From: Lytechinus pictus
Taxonomy: Eukaryota
DNA length: 64,000 nucleotides
Direction: 5' to 3'
Assembly (NCBI RefSeq): GCF_037042905.1
Contig: NC_087251.1
Span: 8,000,001 to 8,064,000 of the forward strand
Part shown: piece after piece, positions 52,721-64,000 of the stretch
How positions within the stretch are numbered: position 1 is the stretch's first letter
Layout: each line of letters opens with the position of its first letter
Notes under the pieces: model-generated
The model's input: only the letters and a program-made list of their open reading frames with translations
What the model was told of the DNA's origin: nothing
Databases searched by the model: none
Position numbers and translations under genes: made by a program

Positions 52721-55700
52721 TGAAAAAAAGTAATTATGTGTTTTATTTTTCAATATTTTAGCTATTATTCGTTTTCATTCATATAAACGATCATGTGCGA
52801 TAAAGTAAAAAAAAATCATGAAGCCAACGTATATAGTTCAGCGGAATAGGTCCATGAGCGGAACAACCAAAATACAGAGACTGAAGCTTTTGGTCTATAA
52901 GCTCAGCTGCATTTGCACGTATGTTCTGCGGATATCTTCGGTGCGGACTCAGGCCCCCGAAGCTCCGCCATTTTGTTGGCGACATTTGGGCAAATCCTAA
53001 GCCCCCATTTGCATATACATGAATAATTCATCAGTTCGCTGCTCCACACATCCCAATAGACTCTTTATATGACGAAGCAGAAAGTGGAGATCAGCGTCAC
53101 GCATGCGCATTGAGCGAGGTCAACTTTGCGTTAATTATTCATGAAATTTAATATATTCATCACGTGATTAATCTACTTCTTACTACTATTGACCAATCAG
53201 CGTTCTTCACTACAATGAGTCATCATGCATGCAACGTTTTTCAATCCTGCAGTTTACATGCAACGTACACTAGCACCGCAGCCTGACACTTTTCTTAATC
53301 TTGTTTAACCTGGAGATGGGGGGGGGGGGGGGTGAATCAGCCTGTTTTATCTTCTTTTTAACATTGGTGTAAATGAAAGGGGAAGATATTTACGAACTAG
53401 TTTATTTCACAATAATAATACGCCAATATAAATAATAACAATGTATTTCAGTTTGAACGTTTCACTTACTGGTTTTGTAATTTGGTTCTTTCATTAAAAA
53501 AAAAAATACGACCTTTCTCTGCTGTTCTCCACATCAGAATCACTAGAGGCATGTTTCACATCGCAGTGTAATCGTTAGTAATGATATAGTAAAAACAAAT
53601 TCTGAATCCAAAATTTCTTTAGAAAATAGGATTGGATTTAATTAGAACCTATTTATTTTCTGTAATTAATAGTGTGTTTTTACGCTAAGCCTTTCCAATT
53701 ATTGATAATGATCATTTAATTCCTTTTTTTTGCAGGGGGGGGGGTAATCTAATTTCTTTGTGTTCACTCTTTTTAAGAGCACAGATAAGTGACATGTCAT
53801 TACCAAACTTCATCAGTTTCAGGCAGGGCGGATCTAGGATTTTTCCAAAGGGGGGCACATTTTCCCAAGGAAAAATTTAATTGACAAGCAAAAAAAAAAG
53901 GGGGGTCTTCACTTTCAGAAGGGGGACACACTTTACATTACAATTTTTAATTGAGCCTGTCAAATTGGGGGGGGGGGCGCACTGATATCGGCTTTGCCCC
54001 CCCCCCCCCCCAAACACACACACTCTGATTGGCCTAATCTTTGTCTTTAAAAGTCATCTCTATTCATCTTATTCCTCTTCCCCACTCTTTATAAATTGTT
54101 TCTCATTTATCCCCGCCTCCTCTCAAAATAAATAAAGAATAAAATGGCCCTTTATGGTTTCTCCTTGTGGGTAAATTGTCAATTGGCCCTGTCCACTCTC
54201 TTGTGCACCCTATGCCCCTTCACATTATTATTATACATTATCTATTCTTTTAATCTCTCTTCAGCTCTCTCTTTGCCATATCGCACTCTCATTATTAAAC
54301 CACACACACAACTCTTTCTCTTATATTTTCCACCTCTCAGCTCTTCTCGCAATTCATTAAAAAAAGAAAATACACTGGGCGATTCCAACTTTGGCGTTGG
54401 TGTTCGTAGCACAATTTAGTTCTTCCTGCCTCCAAAACCTAATGTGAGTTTACAAAAATAATCCAAATCACATTAATAGCTCAACATCAAGTGAGATGAA
54501 TCTATGAATCATTTTGATTGTAATTTTGGTGTTGTGATGATGATGTAAAACTTGTAAGATGCCACACCAAAAGTTCAACAGCAAACTTGAAATCACCCAT
54601 GTATCTTTCTCATTTAAAAAAAAATATATATTTAGAAATTCTCTATCACATCTACATAACAGCCATGGATCAAAAATTCTTTAAGGGGGGGGGGGTCTTT
54701 TGCCCTCCACCTTAAAGGTCCTGGTTCTCAAAAGGATTGTTTTCTATTGTATTTTCAAATTTATTCATTTTTTTAAATATCTTTATATATTATTTGTTAT
54801 GTTTTTTAATGGGGGTGATTTTTACAGAGAAAACCTGCAACTACCACCCCCTCCAACCTTGATCCATGGCTGCAAAATGTAGGTCTCATTACTCTTAAAT
54901 TTATGCTGCTTGTTCGCTATTGCTCGTCCATTAATTGTACTAGTACTTCCAGTGTCTCCTCAAATAACTTGATTCACCTAAACTCTCAGCTAAAAAGAAT
55001 TATAGAAGACTTGTTAATTCAGTGACAATGACAAAATTATTATTTCAATTCATTTTATTCCAAATACATAAATCAGGTAACAATTATTTTCCTTTTGAGT
55101 TTAAAGATCAAATTTTGATCAGAGCTCATTCCCATCTTCTTAAGATGAAATGTTGTGAAAGGGACTTCTGTTCTCAGTCATCTCACAAACACAGATGCAA
55201 TGTCACATCCCCCCCCCCCCCGAATTCATTCATCATTTTTGTTAAAAATTCTTCATTGTCAAAATTGTTGCACAATTTCATGTACATATTATAGTGCTGA
55301 ATTATCACATTTATTCATCATTATCTACATCCATATTTGTAAAAACTACTGCTACAATCAGCAAGGATAATTACCCCTAAAATAACCCTATCCCTCTTAA
55401 ATTGTTTGTGGGTTTTGTTTGGTCAGTGGTGAGGGGGAAGCGGTTACAATACTCTATTGTAAATACATGCAGTAATTCAGTTTGATATAGGATGTTTGGT
55501 ATATTGTCAATGCATTATTCCCTAATTCTTCCACCAGAAAATTATTATTGGAATTAAAAAAACAAACCCTTAATTTGGTCTTGTATTTCTTGAGTCTCTA
55601 AAACAAAGGATGTGAAGCAGAGTCATGTTCCATGTCTGTTGAAAAAAAAACACACACAAAAAGACAGAAATGTGAGCAATTCAATCAAGCCATCATCAAA

Positions 55701-58700
55701 ATAAAAAGAAATAAAAAAATATATAAAAGCTTAATGAAATCACAAGCCGAATGAGTCGCCTTTACAAAATCTGGTGTGGATTGAAGAATTCATGAGTGGG
55801 TAGGAAGCAAATAAATTGATTACAAATGACTTTCCACTTGCTTAGCCTATAAGTATAGTATATTCTGATTTTCTTATTTAATTTTGACCAGCTAGATCTA
55901 CCGGTAGGTGATATCAATTGTCCCGTGAAAATATGACAGGTGAAAATGAAAATGGAGCCTGTCAAAACTACTCCAGCCTAGTCTCTGAGCTGATTTTCTT
56001 TTCATTTACTCAATGAAACTTAGATCTTGGTCTACCGTGTGAGCCCCCCCCCCCCCCCCCCCCCCACACAAAAAAAAGGGACACCTCACAAAACCCCAAT
56101 TTAAGGTAAAAATATGTCATGAACGCATAATAATTATATACCACTAGAAAGAGTATATTCTCCCAAATAATTTGATATCATATTCATGTTTGGATAGTCA
56201 GTATGTATTCTTTGCAGAGATGTGGATTTTGATGTGCACCGAAATAAGGCATGGCTAAAATTAATGACTCCAGATGCCAATGATGTCAAAATCTATGAGT
56301 TAGCAAAATTTCAAAGAAATTAATTTGTGTATTGACACTAAAAAGAATTTACTAAACAATTATCTTGTAAATTATTGAACATGGGTATTGAAATTTGAAA
56401 TGGGTTTTAATATAACCATTGTAGGATTATGAAATTATTGAAATCTGGAATCATTCTTGGATAAAGTCATTTGGTATGTAAATACATGAAGTCATTCAGT
56501 TTGATATATAGGATGATTATTTTTTTTTTTTACCTTTTTGAATCAGGAGGGTCCTGCAGCTTAATTTGGTCTTGTAATTCTTGAGTCTTTAAAAGAGGAT
56601 GTGAAGCAGCATCATGTTCTATGTCTGTTGATTAAAACAATACACACAGACAGAAATGTTAGCAATACAAGCTATTGTAAAAAAAAAAACATAACACTTG
56701 GACTAGTATAGCGTATATATCTAGATCTAGTCATAGACTCTGACGTACATAGATCTGGAACTAAATGTAAGTAGATCTAGATCTACATCAAAAGTAGATC
56801 TAAATTTCATATTTGTTAAACCTACTATTCTGCGAACTTTCAATGTTATTGAATCATACAAGTGTTAGCCTAGACTAAAGCTGTCTTGACCCAGTGTTTT
56901 TAAAATAGTTTCATGACATTTGCTCTGATGACAAGTGCTCAGATGGAAAATCTGCACGTTAGGCCAAACAAAAGCTAACCTCCAAAATTAAATAAACCCT
57001 TTGGCCTTAACTTAAGACCCTGACTGAAATAATACTGAGCCTATATAGATTCTACAGGTCGCTTTGACTTTGTTGTAGGCCTAGATCCAAGTCTAGTCTA
57101 GGTCTATAACAATTAAGTTAGACCTAAGCTAGATAGGCTGGGAGGTAGAAATGTTTTCTTTTAGCTTTAGCCAAGACCTGTAATCAGATCTACCGATGAA
57201 TTAGGCCCAACTTAGACTAGATCTCTACTCCCCTCTAACACTACAGTAACAGTTAGATCTATGTTGCCGAGTCCGAGGCTGTCCGAAGTGGCGACGTTCA
57301 GACCCCGGGGTAGGCCCTACGTCTAACTCTAAGTTAGATTAACTTAGACTTGGTCTAGATCTAGATCAAGGCGCGGTAGGCCCAACTTTCAAGTTTAAAA
57401 AAATAAAAGGAAACATAAGAACTAGTGAGCCTAGTACTAAATGTACTAGTAGTACGGTACTAGTAGTACCGTATTAACTATTATTAGGCCTAGTACTTTA
57501 GTAGAAATAAGTTTGGGAAAAACATCTTTTTTTACAAAATGATCGAGGACTAGACTCTAGATCTACTACTAGACTCAGAGGCTACGGTCCTATTGTCTTG
57601 ATATGTGAATTCAAAGGGAACGGGTTAATGGAGTGAATGTCTTTCTAAACTCAATATGTCTAGCCTAAACGTACTTATAGTTCTTTTCATGCCTGCTGAG
57701 ATCTTCGGTAGGAATCGAAATTTCAGAGAAACTCTCGCCCGAAAGTCTGGCGTGAATTGAATATACGAGGTCTCAAATGGTAGCAGATGGAGATTTACAT
57801 CATGTAATATAGGCTTTATAGCCACCATTTTTAGCTCACGACGATGGAAATAGTTTTGAGTTTTCGCAAGTCGTTTGCTTCCTAATTGTTCACTTTTTAT
57901 AAACAAAAATTAATTCACGTTATACCCAGACATCTAAAGATCCCATATAACATCAGATCTTTTGATTTATTTTTGTAAATGAATTAAAATTCAGCGTTAA
58001 TCTGACAGTACTCACCGAAAATCTTTCAAGGAAATAACCTTCTTCTGTGCGGGTGACGTCACCTTTCAGCCCTTGATTAAGCCGAAGTGACGATAGGGGT
58101 CAAATTATGACGTACGAATTTCAAAAGAAAAATACATTATTCATGAGGTAATGTCCAATCAAATCACAGTATCTTGCGAGTACGCAAAGAAAAGATAAAT
58201 GATTCATTAGCAATATGCAAATGGGGGCTTAGGATTCGGTTCAAATGTCTCCCAGGAGGTGTGGCCAAAAGTGGTACAAAATACGCTTATCACCATGGAG
58301 CTTCTATGGAGTATCTGTACGTTATATGCAAATGTTATTTAAATGTGGCTTTTCCGCGGGTGCTACCTTTCAGTCTATACGTATTTATTAGTCTATGTGC
58401 GGACTTTTGGATCGCGCGCCCAGCTGATTATGTATACAAACGTAGACGTAGACTCTTCACTAGTCGCTTTGTGGCTATTTTTCCGGAAAATGCCTTCGCC
58501 AGGGTGTAAAACGGAAACGCGCATACCGGTATAGGGTAGCAGCAAAGACCTTATAATATATTACTAGACCGAAAGCTGCGTGCGCGTTCAGCACAAAACA
58601 AATGAAATTAGGCTCCGCCTACCGCGATCATTTGAAGACAAAAATAAGCCCTCATTGACATTCATGAGCATGAAGATATTCATAATCCGGCCTTTTCATT

Positions 58701-58841
58701 GGCTAGGAGCGTCATTAATACGCGATTTCCCCGATTCTTTGTCATCGATACTAGTGGTATCGTGTTACAGAATTAATTATTCATTTGACCTCATTACGTC
58801 ATCTAATTTATTCATTCTGAAACTTTTCTTTCCACACAAAA

Positions 58842-61535
58842 ATGGACCTACGAACACTCCGGTGAGTACGTATAAATTGATATAACCACATTAATTCAGT
58901 GGACTATTTACACATTTCACACTGTATTTTGTGATCTTAGGTTATTTCTTTAACTAATTAGAGAGTTTGCTATCATACTTCTGGTAAAGAAAAGCAGAAT
59001 TTGGTCTTTGAAATTGAAGTTAGATTGTCATCGTCGCCCGGCCCAGTGCAGCCTGTATGTTGCTTTTCAGTGGTTATGCCGCTGTGTCAACCACATGTAT
59101 TTTGTACGGGCTCCTAGCCGGCTGGGCATCGAGAGAAAATCGGGCCGGGAGCCCACGATTGATTAAAAATAAAATAAGAAGAATGAAGCTTCTTTTTGTA
59201 CACTGTAGGCCTATAACGTTAGATCTAGAGGGAGATCTGCATCTATCTTCAGTAGATCGAGACTCAGTCAGGAATAGTCTGTGAAGCGGAGTGTGGAAGA
59301 AGATATGCCTGTCATCATTGATTGTGTCAATCCTCACTAGATTCTCGTCAGTTTCAGATATCAAATTTATTTTGCATAACTTCAGGCTTCTTCTGCATTT
59401 AGCCCCCCACCCATTTTAATTCTTATTGTTATTTATAATATAGTTAGACTCGGTATTAGAAATAACATGCTGCTCTGCATGTTTGTCTTACTCTTATTAT
59501 CAATAGATCAAGATCTAATTTTTAACTTGGTTAACAGAGCCTAGTCTTGCTTCTTAATTTTACTTCATCTGTTTATGTTATTTTTATCCATCGATGCTTG
59601 TACGTAGATCTAACGTTAGGCCTACCTAATTCAAATCTATTACCAAGTATCTAGTCATCTAACTTTTACTTTCCCAACCCTCGACACGTACCCCCAGGGC
59701 TTAGGATCTAGGTCTATAATTTTAGGCCTATAGATGTAGGTCTGGGCCTAAACGACTACATTTACATACTATGAGTATGACTGTCAGTGGACCAAGGAGA
59801 TCTATCATCTAGATCCTACTCTCGGTCAATAATGGCAATGAAGGTTTAGCCAGGAATAAAAGTCAGACATCAAAAATTTCTAAATCGATATACCGGTACA
59901 TCTAGGTAAAGTCATCGAAGGGTTAGCTTTACATTCTAGGTCTAGATAGATCGAGAGTCTATTGATAGTCTAGATCTAGACCTTATTTAGATACATGAAT
60001 GCTGTCACGAAGCACTGATTCTGGTTGGACTAGATCTATACTTTTTTACAAATAGATCTAGACCTAGTGCATGAGATTATGAAATTATGTTGTTAAAATC
60101 AAATGAATTAAGTTTCGGAATAAAAAGATGCAGATTTTTTTTTTTTTTGGGGGGGGGGCAGACATGTGAAAAAATTTAGAGAAACCTAAAATTCAGAAAG
60201 CGAGGGCCTGAAGCGGCCAATATTACCTAGGGCCGTTTTGTGCATTTTCTAAAGTAAATTGAAGGATGTCATGCAATTCTCTTTTCGATGAAGGTTTCAC
60301 ATTTCAGCTCTTACCCAAACCCCTCCCCCTATACATACGGCCATGAAAAAGATCACTTCTTATTATTGTTCTCTTTTCTTTCACAAACAGGTTGAGTTTG
60401 AAGAACAAGAAAAACAGTAGAGGTCTACCTATATGGTTCAAGATGATGATCATAAGTGCATGCATCATTTTGCAGATTCTCATCCAGGTATAAAACTTAA
60501 ACTAACCCATACAAAATTACAGATACATTACATGCATTGAATGTTAACCATGTTTACATTAAATAAAAATAATCCGAGCCACAAAGAGGTAGGATCTGTA
60601 ATGAATATAGACACTTCTTAAATATACAGGCTCTCGAGTCTAAAATAGAACCAATGCCAAAAGTTATGTACCTTGGGCAAATTTATAAAATACCGGTAAG
60701 GTCATGTCCTAGATCTACTAGTAATTAAATGGCCTTTTTATTTCCTATTTGTTTTAAACAAAGCAATATCTATTTTCCATATTTTACAAAAATTCATTTT
60801 ATTCATTCTTTAGTGTGATATTCATATTTCATATTTGTAGATATACGATTTTTTTTTAATCTTGTTATTTTACATTTTGTCCAATAGGATGATGCAGTTT
60901 TACAATTTCCATGGAGGTGATTGATGATGATAAATAATTGGTGAAGTAGGCCTAATAGAACAGCGACTAGACCACAAAGAGAAATACAACCTACAGCAGT
61001 TATATGAGTGAGTTTATTAGTGAATATTGTTAATAATGGAGTTTGTTCACATTTTTTTGGCAACAAATAGACCTGCCTTTGAAAAACCCATTTCAATTTT
61101 GTTTTTAGATTATAGTTAGTGTCGTTTTTAATCACAGATCAAAATATTCTGTGCAACAAAACATATCAACTTTAATTCTGACTATTTATATATTTTACAT
61201 ATGTTGATTCATATATTCAGATTTATGAGAAATCTCTGACATTTTTTCATAGAGTACATGTAGTTATAATGGAGAGTGGTATGTAAACTGTATAGAACAG
61301 GTTTAAGTGATATGCTTTATGGAAGTACAAGTATATAATTAGTAGAATGTTATGTGTTGAAGAATCATATACGGTATATGTATAGTCTCACTTTTCTTAA
61401 AACATTTATGTTTTATAAATCACGACAATTTTAATTTAAATTCATTGATTTTCTTTCTCTATTTTTTCAATCTGCAGGACTGGTGTAACAGATGTTTTCA
61501 TTCAAGAAATCCAACAATTCAAGAGTCTGACTTAG
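58842..61535 (+). other. Candidate spliced small-ORF or lncRNA gene: join(58842..58861,60391..60487,60888..60916,61478..61535)
   Basis: Strong GTGAGT donor and three clean polypyrimidine+AG acceptors; the joined frame stays open for 67 aa; no family recognised; the exon-3 donor (GTGATT) is weak. Confidence 0.4.
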
Positions 61536-61842
61536 GAACCACTTGATGAAGATGGAAAAGTTTTTTTTTTCCAAGTCCAATTTTTCAACAAAAAAAAAAA
61601 ATTATTATCACAACCCAAAATTCATGACGTATGAAATTTCTTGTTGATTTTCATTAAAACTGGTTGCAAAAGGAGAAGCTATAAACATCCAAATAGGAGC
61701 GGCGGAGTGAAGTTGAAAGTGGGGGGGGGGGGGCATAGGAAAAATGTTGTATTACGTGAAATTTTTAAGAAGTTGCGAGCGAGCAAAATTTTGACATTTT
61801 AAAAAAGAAAATCTAAAATATTCAGAATGATATATTTCACCC

Positions 61843-61875
<33 letters not shown>

Positions 61876-62836
61876 GGGGGGGGGGGGGGGCAAGAGTCCT
61901 TCAAGCCCCCCCCCTCCATCTGTACGAAACTGCTTATATACCCCCACTCATGAATTATTAAACTTAATGCACAAAGGATTTCATTCATAAGTATATTATC
62001 GAAATAAGAATATATTTTTCTTGTTTCAAAGGGCAATCGTCATGGTGGCCATAAAACGGGTCCTTCTCAGGTGAAAGGGGCACAGAACAAGTTCTTTAGG
62101 AGCACTTTTCTTGGGTAAAAGGGGGCAGTGATTCGAGAAAGGGCACTTACAAGAAGGCGAGGGGGCACTCTTTAACACATGAAACGGGCCCTCAGATGTA
62201 AGGGCACAGAACACGTTCCAGGGGGGGGGGGCATTTTGGGGTTAAAAAATTGCATACAAGGAAGAGCACTTGGTAACACCTAAAACAGGTTCTCGTCAGG
62301 TGAAAGGGACACAGTACACGTTCGTGAGGGGGCATTTTTCTTGTATAAAAAGGCACTTTTCAGTGCTTAAAGAAGTGGGGGGAACTGTGCCCCTCCCCAG
62401 GATTGCTGCCCCAGCATACAAAAAAAATATTCTTTTGGTTCAAAGTATTAACATACGCTTAAGAAAAAGGCTTAATCCTCTGGTAATGTGATATTTTTTA
62501 TGGCTAATTAATAAAATTCACCACTAACCAGAGAATTCCTTTATGTCTTTCATTTGTGTTCATATAGTATTTGTACAGAGCTAAAATGAAAGGGATTTGG
62601 AATTTGCAAAATTCAAAATGAGATGAAGATCGAGAGAGGGAAAGAGTGATGAGAAGAGGATTGAAAAGAGATGAGAAAGAAATGGAGGGGCACATATGAA
62701 GAGATAATTTAGAGGGGGGGGTGGTAAGAGAGCTAGAATGTGGGAAGTAAGAACAAAAGGGGTGGAAGAGAAATAAGACGAGATTTATGGAAACCAGGAG
62801 ACAGATAACAAGTGGGAAAAGAAGAAGGAAATATAT

Positions 62837-63655
62837 GAAGAGTTTAGTTGCAAAAGGGGTTAGGGCCACTTTGGACCATTCCGAGAAAAACCATGTTTTT
62901 ATTCTCACTTATTGCAATATTCTTATGAGAAACTAAATTGTCATGATGTACTACTCTATCATGTGAACATAAAATTGGGTATAAAAGAAATCTACCCGTC
63001 TTCAATTTTTTTCTATATACTTAAAAAAAAATCATTGTGTACCTAACCCCTTTTGCAAGTAAATTGAAGTGAATCCAATCTCTTTTGATTAAAAAAGTGA
63101 TTTTTTTTGCCACTTCCATTCACGTTTTCATTTGAATTTCAAATTTTCTTTGGTATCATCAGAGTGACTGAAAATTTAGAGGTTTAGAGACAGAAAACAA
63201 TAAAATATATGAAAAATGGACCTAACCCCTTTTGACAAATGAGTTCTTCAGAAGAGTTTAGTTGCAAAAGGGGTTAGGTCCACTCCAAGAAAATAATTCT
63301 TTTTTAATTCTCCCATATTGCAATATTCTTATGCGAAACTGAATTTCCATGATACCCTACCATGAGAACATGAAATTGGGTATAAAAGATATTTACTTGT
63401 CTTCATATTTTTTAAGATATTATTTTCCAAAAAAAGTCTGTGTGGACCTAACCCCTTTTTCAACTAAACTTAAATGGACCTAACCCCTTTTGAAAAAAAG
63501 GTGATTTTTCTTTGCCATATTAGTTCACTTTTTAATAGGAATTCCAACTTTTTTATGGTATCATCTTATATAGCTACTAAAAATCTTTACATTAAGACAT
63601 AAGAATCAAGTTTTGATGAAAAATGGACCTAACCCCTTTTGAAAATGAGCTCTAC
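62837..63655. mobile_element. Head-to-tail dimer of a ~410-bp TIR element (Sola-like)
   Basis: Units 62837-63249 and 63251-63655 each start GAAGAGTTTAGTTGCAAAAGGGGTTAGG and end GGACCTAACCCCTTTTGA...GAG(T/C)TCT(T/A)C; ATAT flanks the dimer. Confidence 0.8.
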
Positions 63656-64000
63656 ATATGTAGGAGAAAGGCGGGACAAAAGAATTTTGAGTGGGAAAAT
63701 GATTAAATGGAAAAAAAACAGAGTAAGAAATGCTGGAGAATAAAGGGGACAGGAAACGTATTAAACATGATAAATTGGGGCCCGTTTCATCATGAGTTAC
63801 AAGTATGGTAATTACGATTTAGGGATGGCAATAGCACTAGAGACCTCTTTACCTAATCACGACTCGATCTACCCTTTTCATCGTCCCTTTTGGAATTAGC
63901 AAAGGCCTATAAGACGCAATAAAAAAAGGTTGCTTTGTTTATAAGTGATATCGCTTGTGATATCGATACTTTATAGAGCGCAACGTATCGTCTCAGATTT

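Noticed and set aside
51641..52753. LSIY-repeat ORFs
   Set aside because: By-products of the (GATA)n microsatellite.

Overview
AT-rich, intron-rich animal genomic DNA. The repeat families suggest a sea urchin or similar marine deuterostome, which is an inference. Two host genes sit head-to-head. PNO1 is on the minus strand with three coding exons in the window, and the rest apparently lies beyond the left edge. KPTN (kaptin) is complete on the plus strand, with 11 coding exons, 470 aa and a probable non-coding first exon near 13.3 kb. Nearly everything else is transposon-derived: non-autonomous DNA elements with readable TIRs and target-site duplications, Helentron-type elements with internal tandem arrays, decayed LINEs, a SINE and simple repeats. 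Superfamily names come from terminus/TSD signatures, not from database searches. The most notable structures are (i) a 3.9-kb foldback element with ~1.8-kb inverted arms nested in KPTN intron 9, (ii) a five-level nested insertion at 41.6-50.2 kb built around a 7.5-kb CACTA-like cargo element, and (iii) an unannotated-looking divergent pair of spliced transcripts near 58 kb, one of which could encode a ~67-aa hydrophobic micropeptide. I found no CRISPR array, no RNA gene, no intact transposase and no convincing new multi-gene system.
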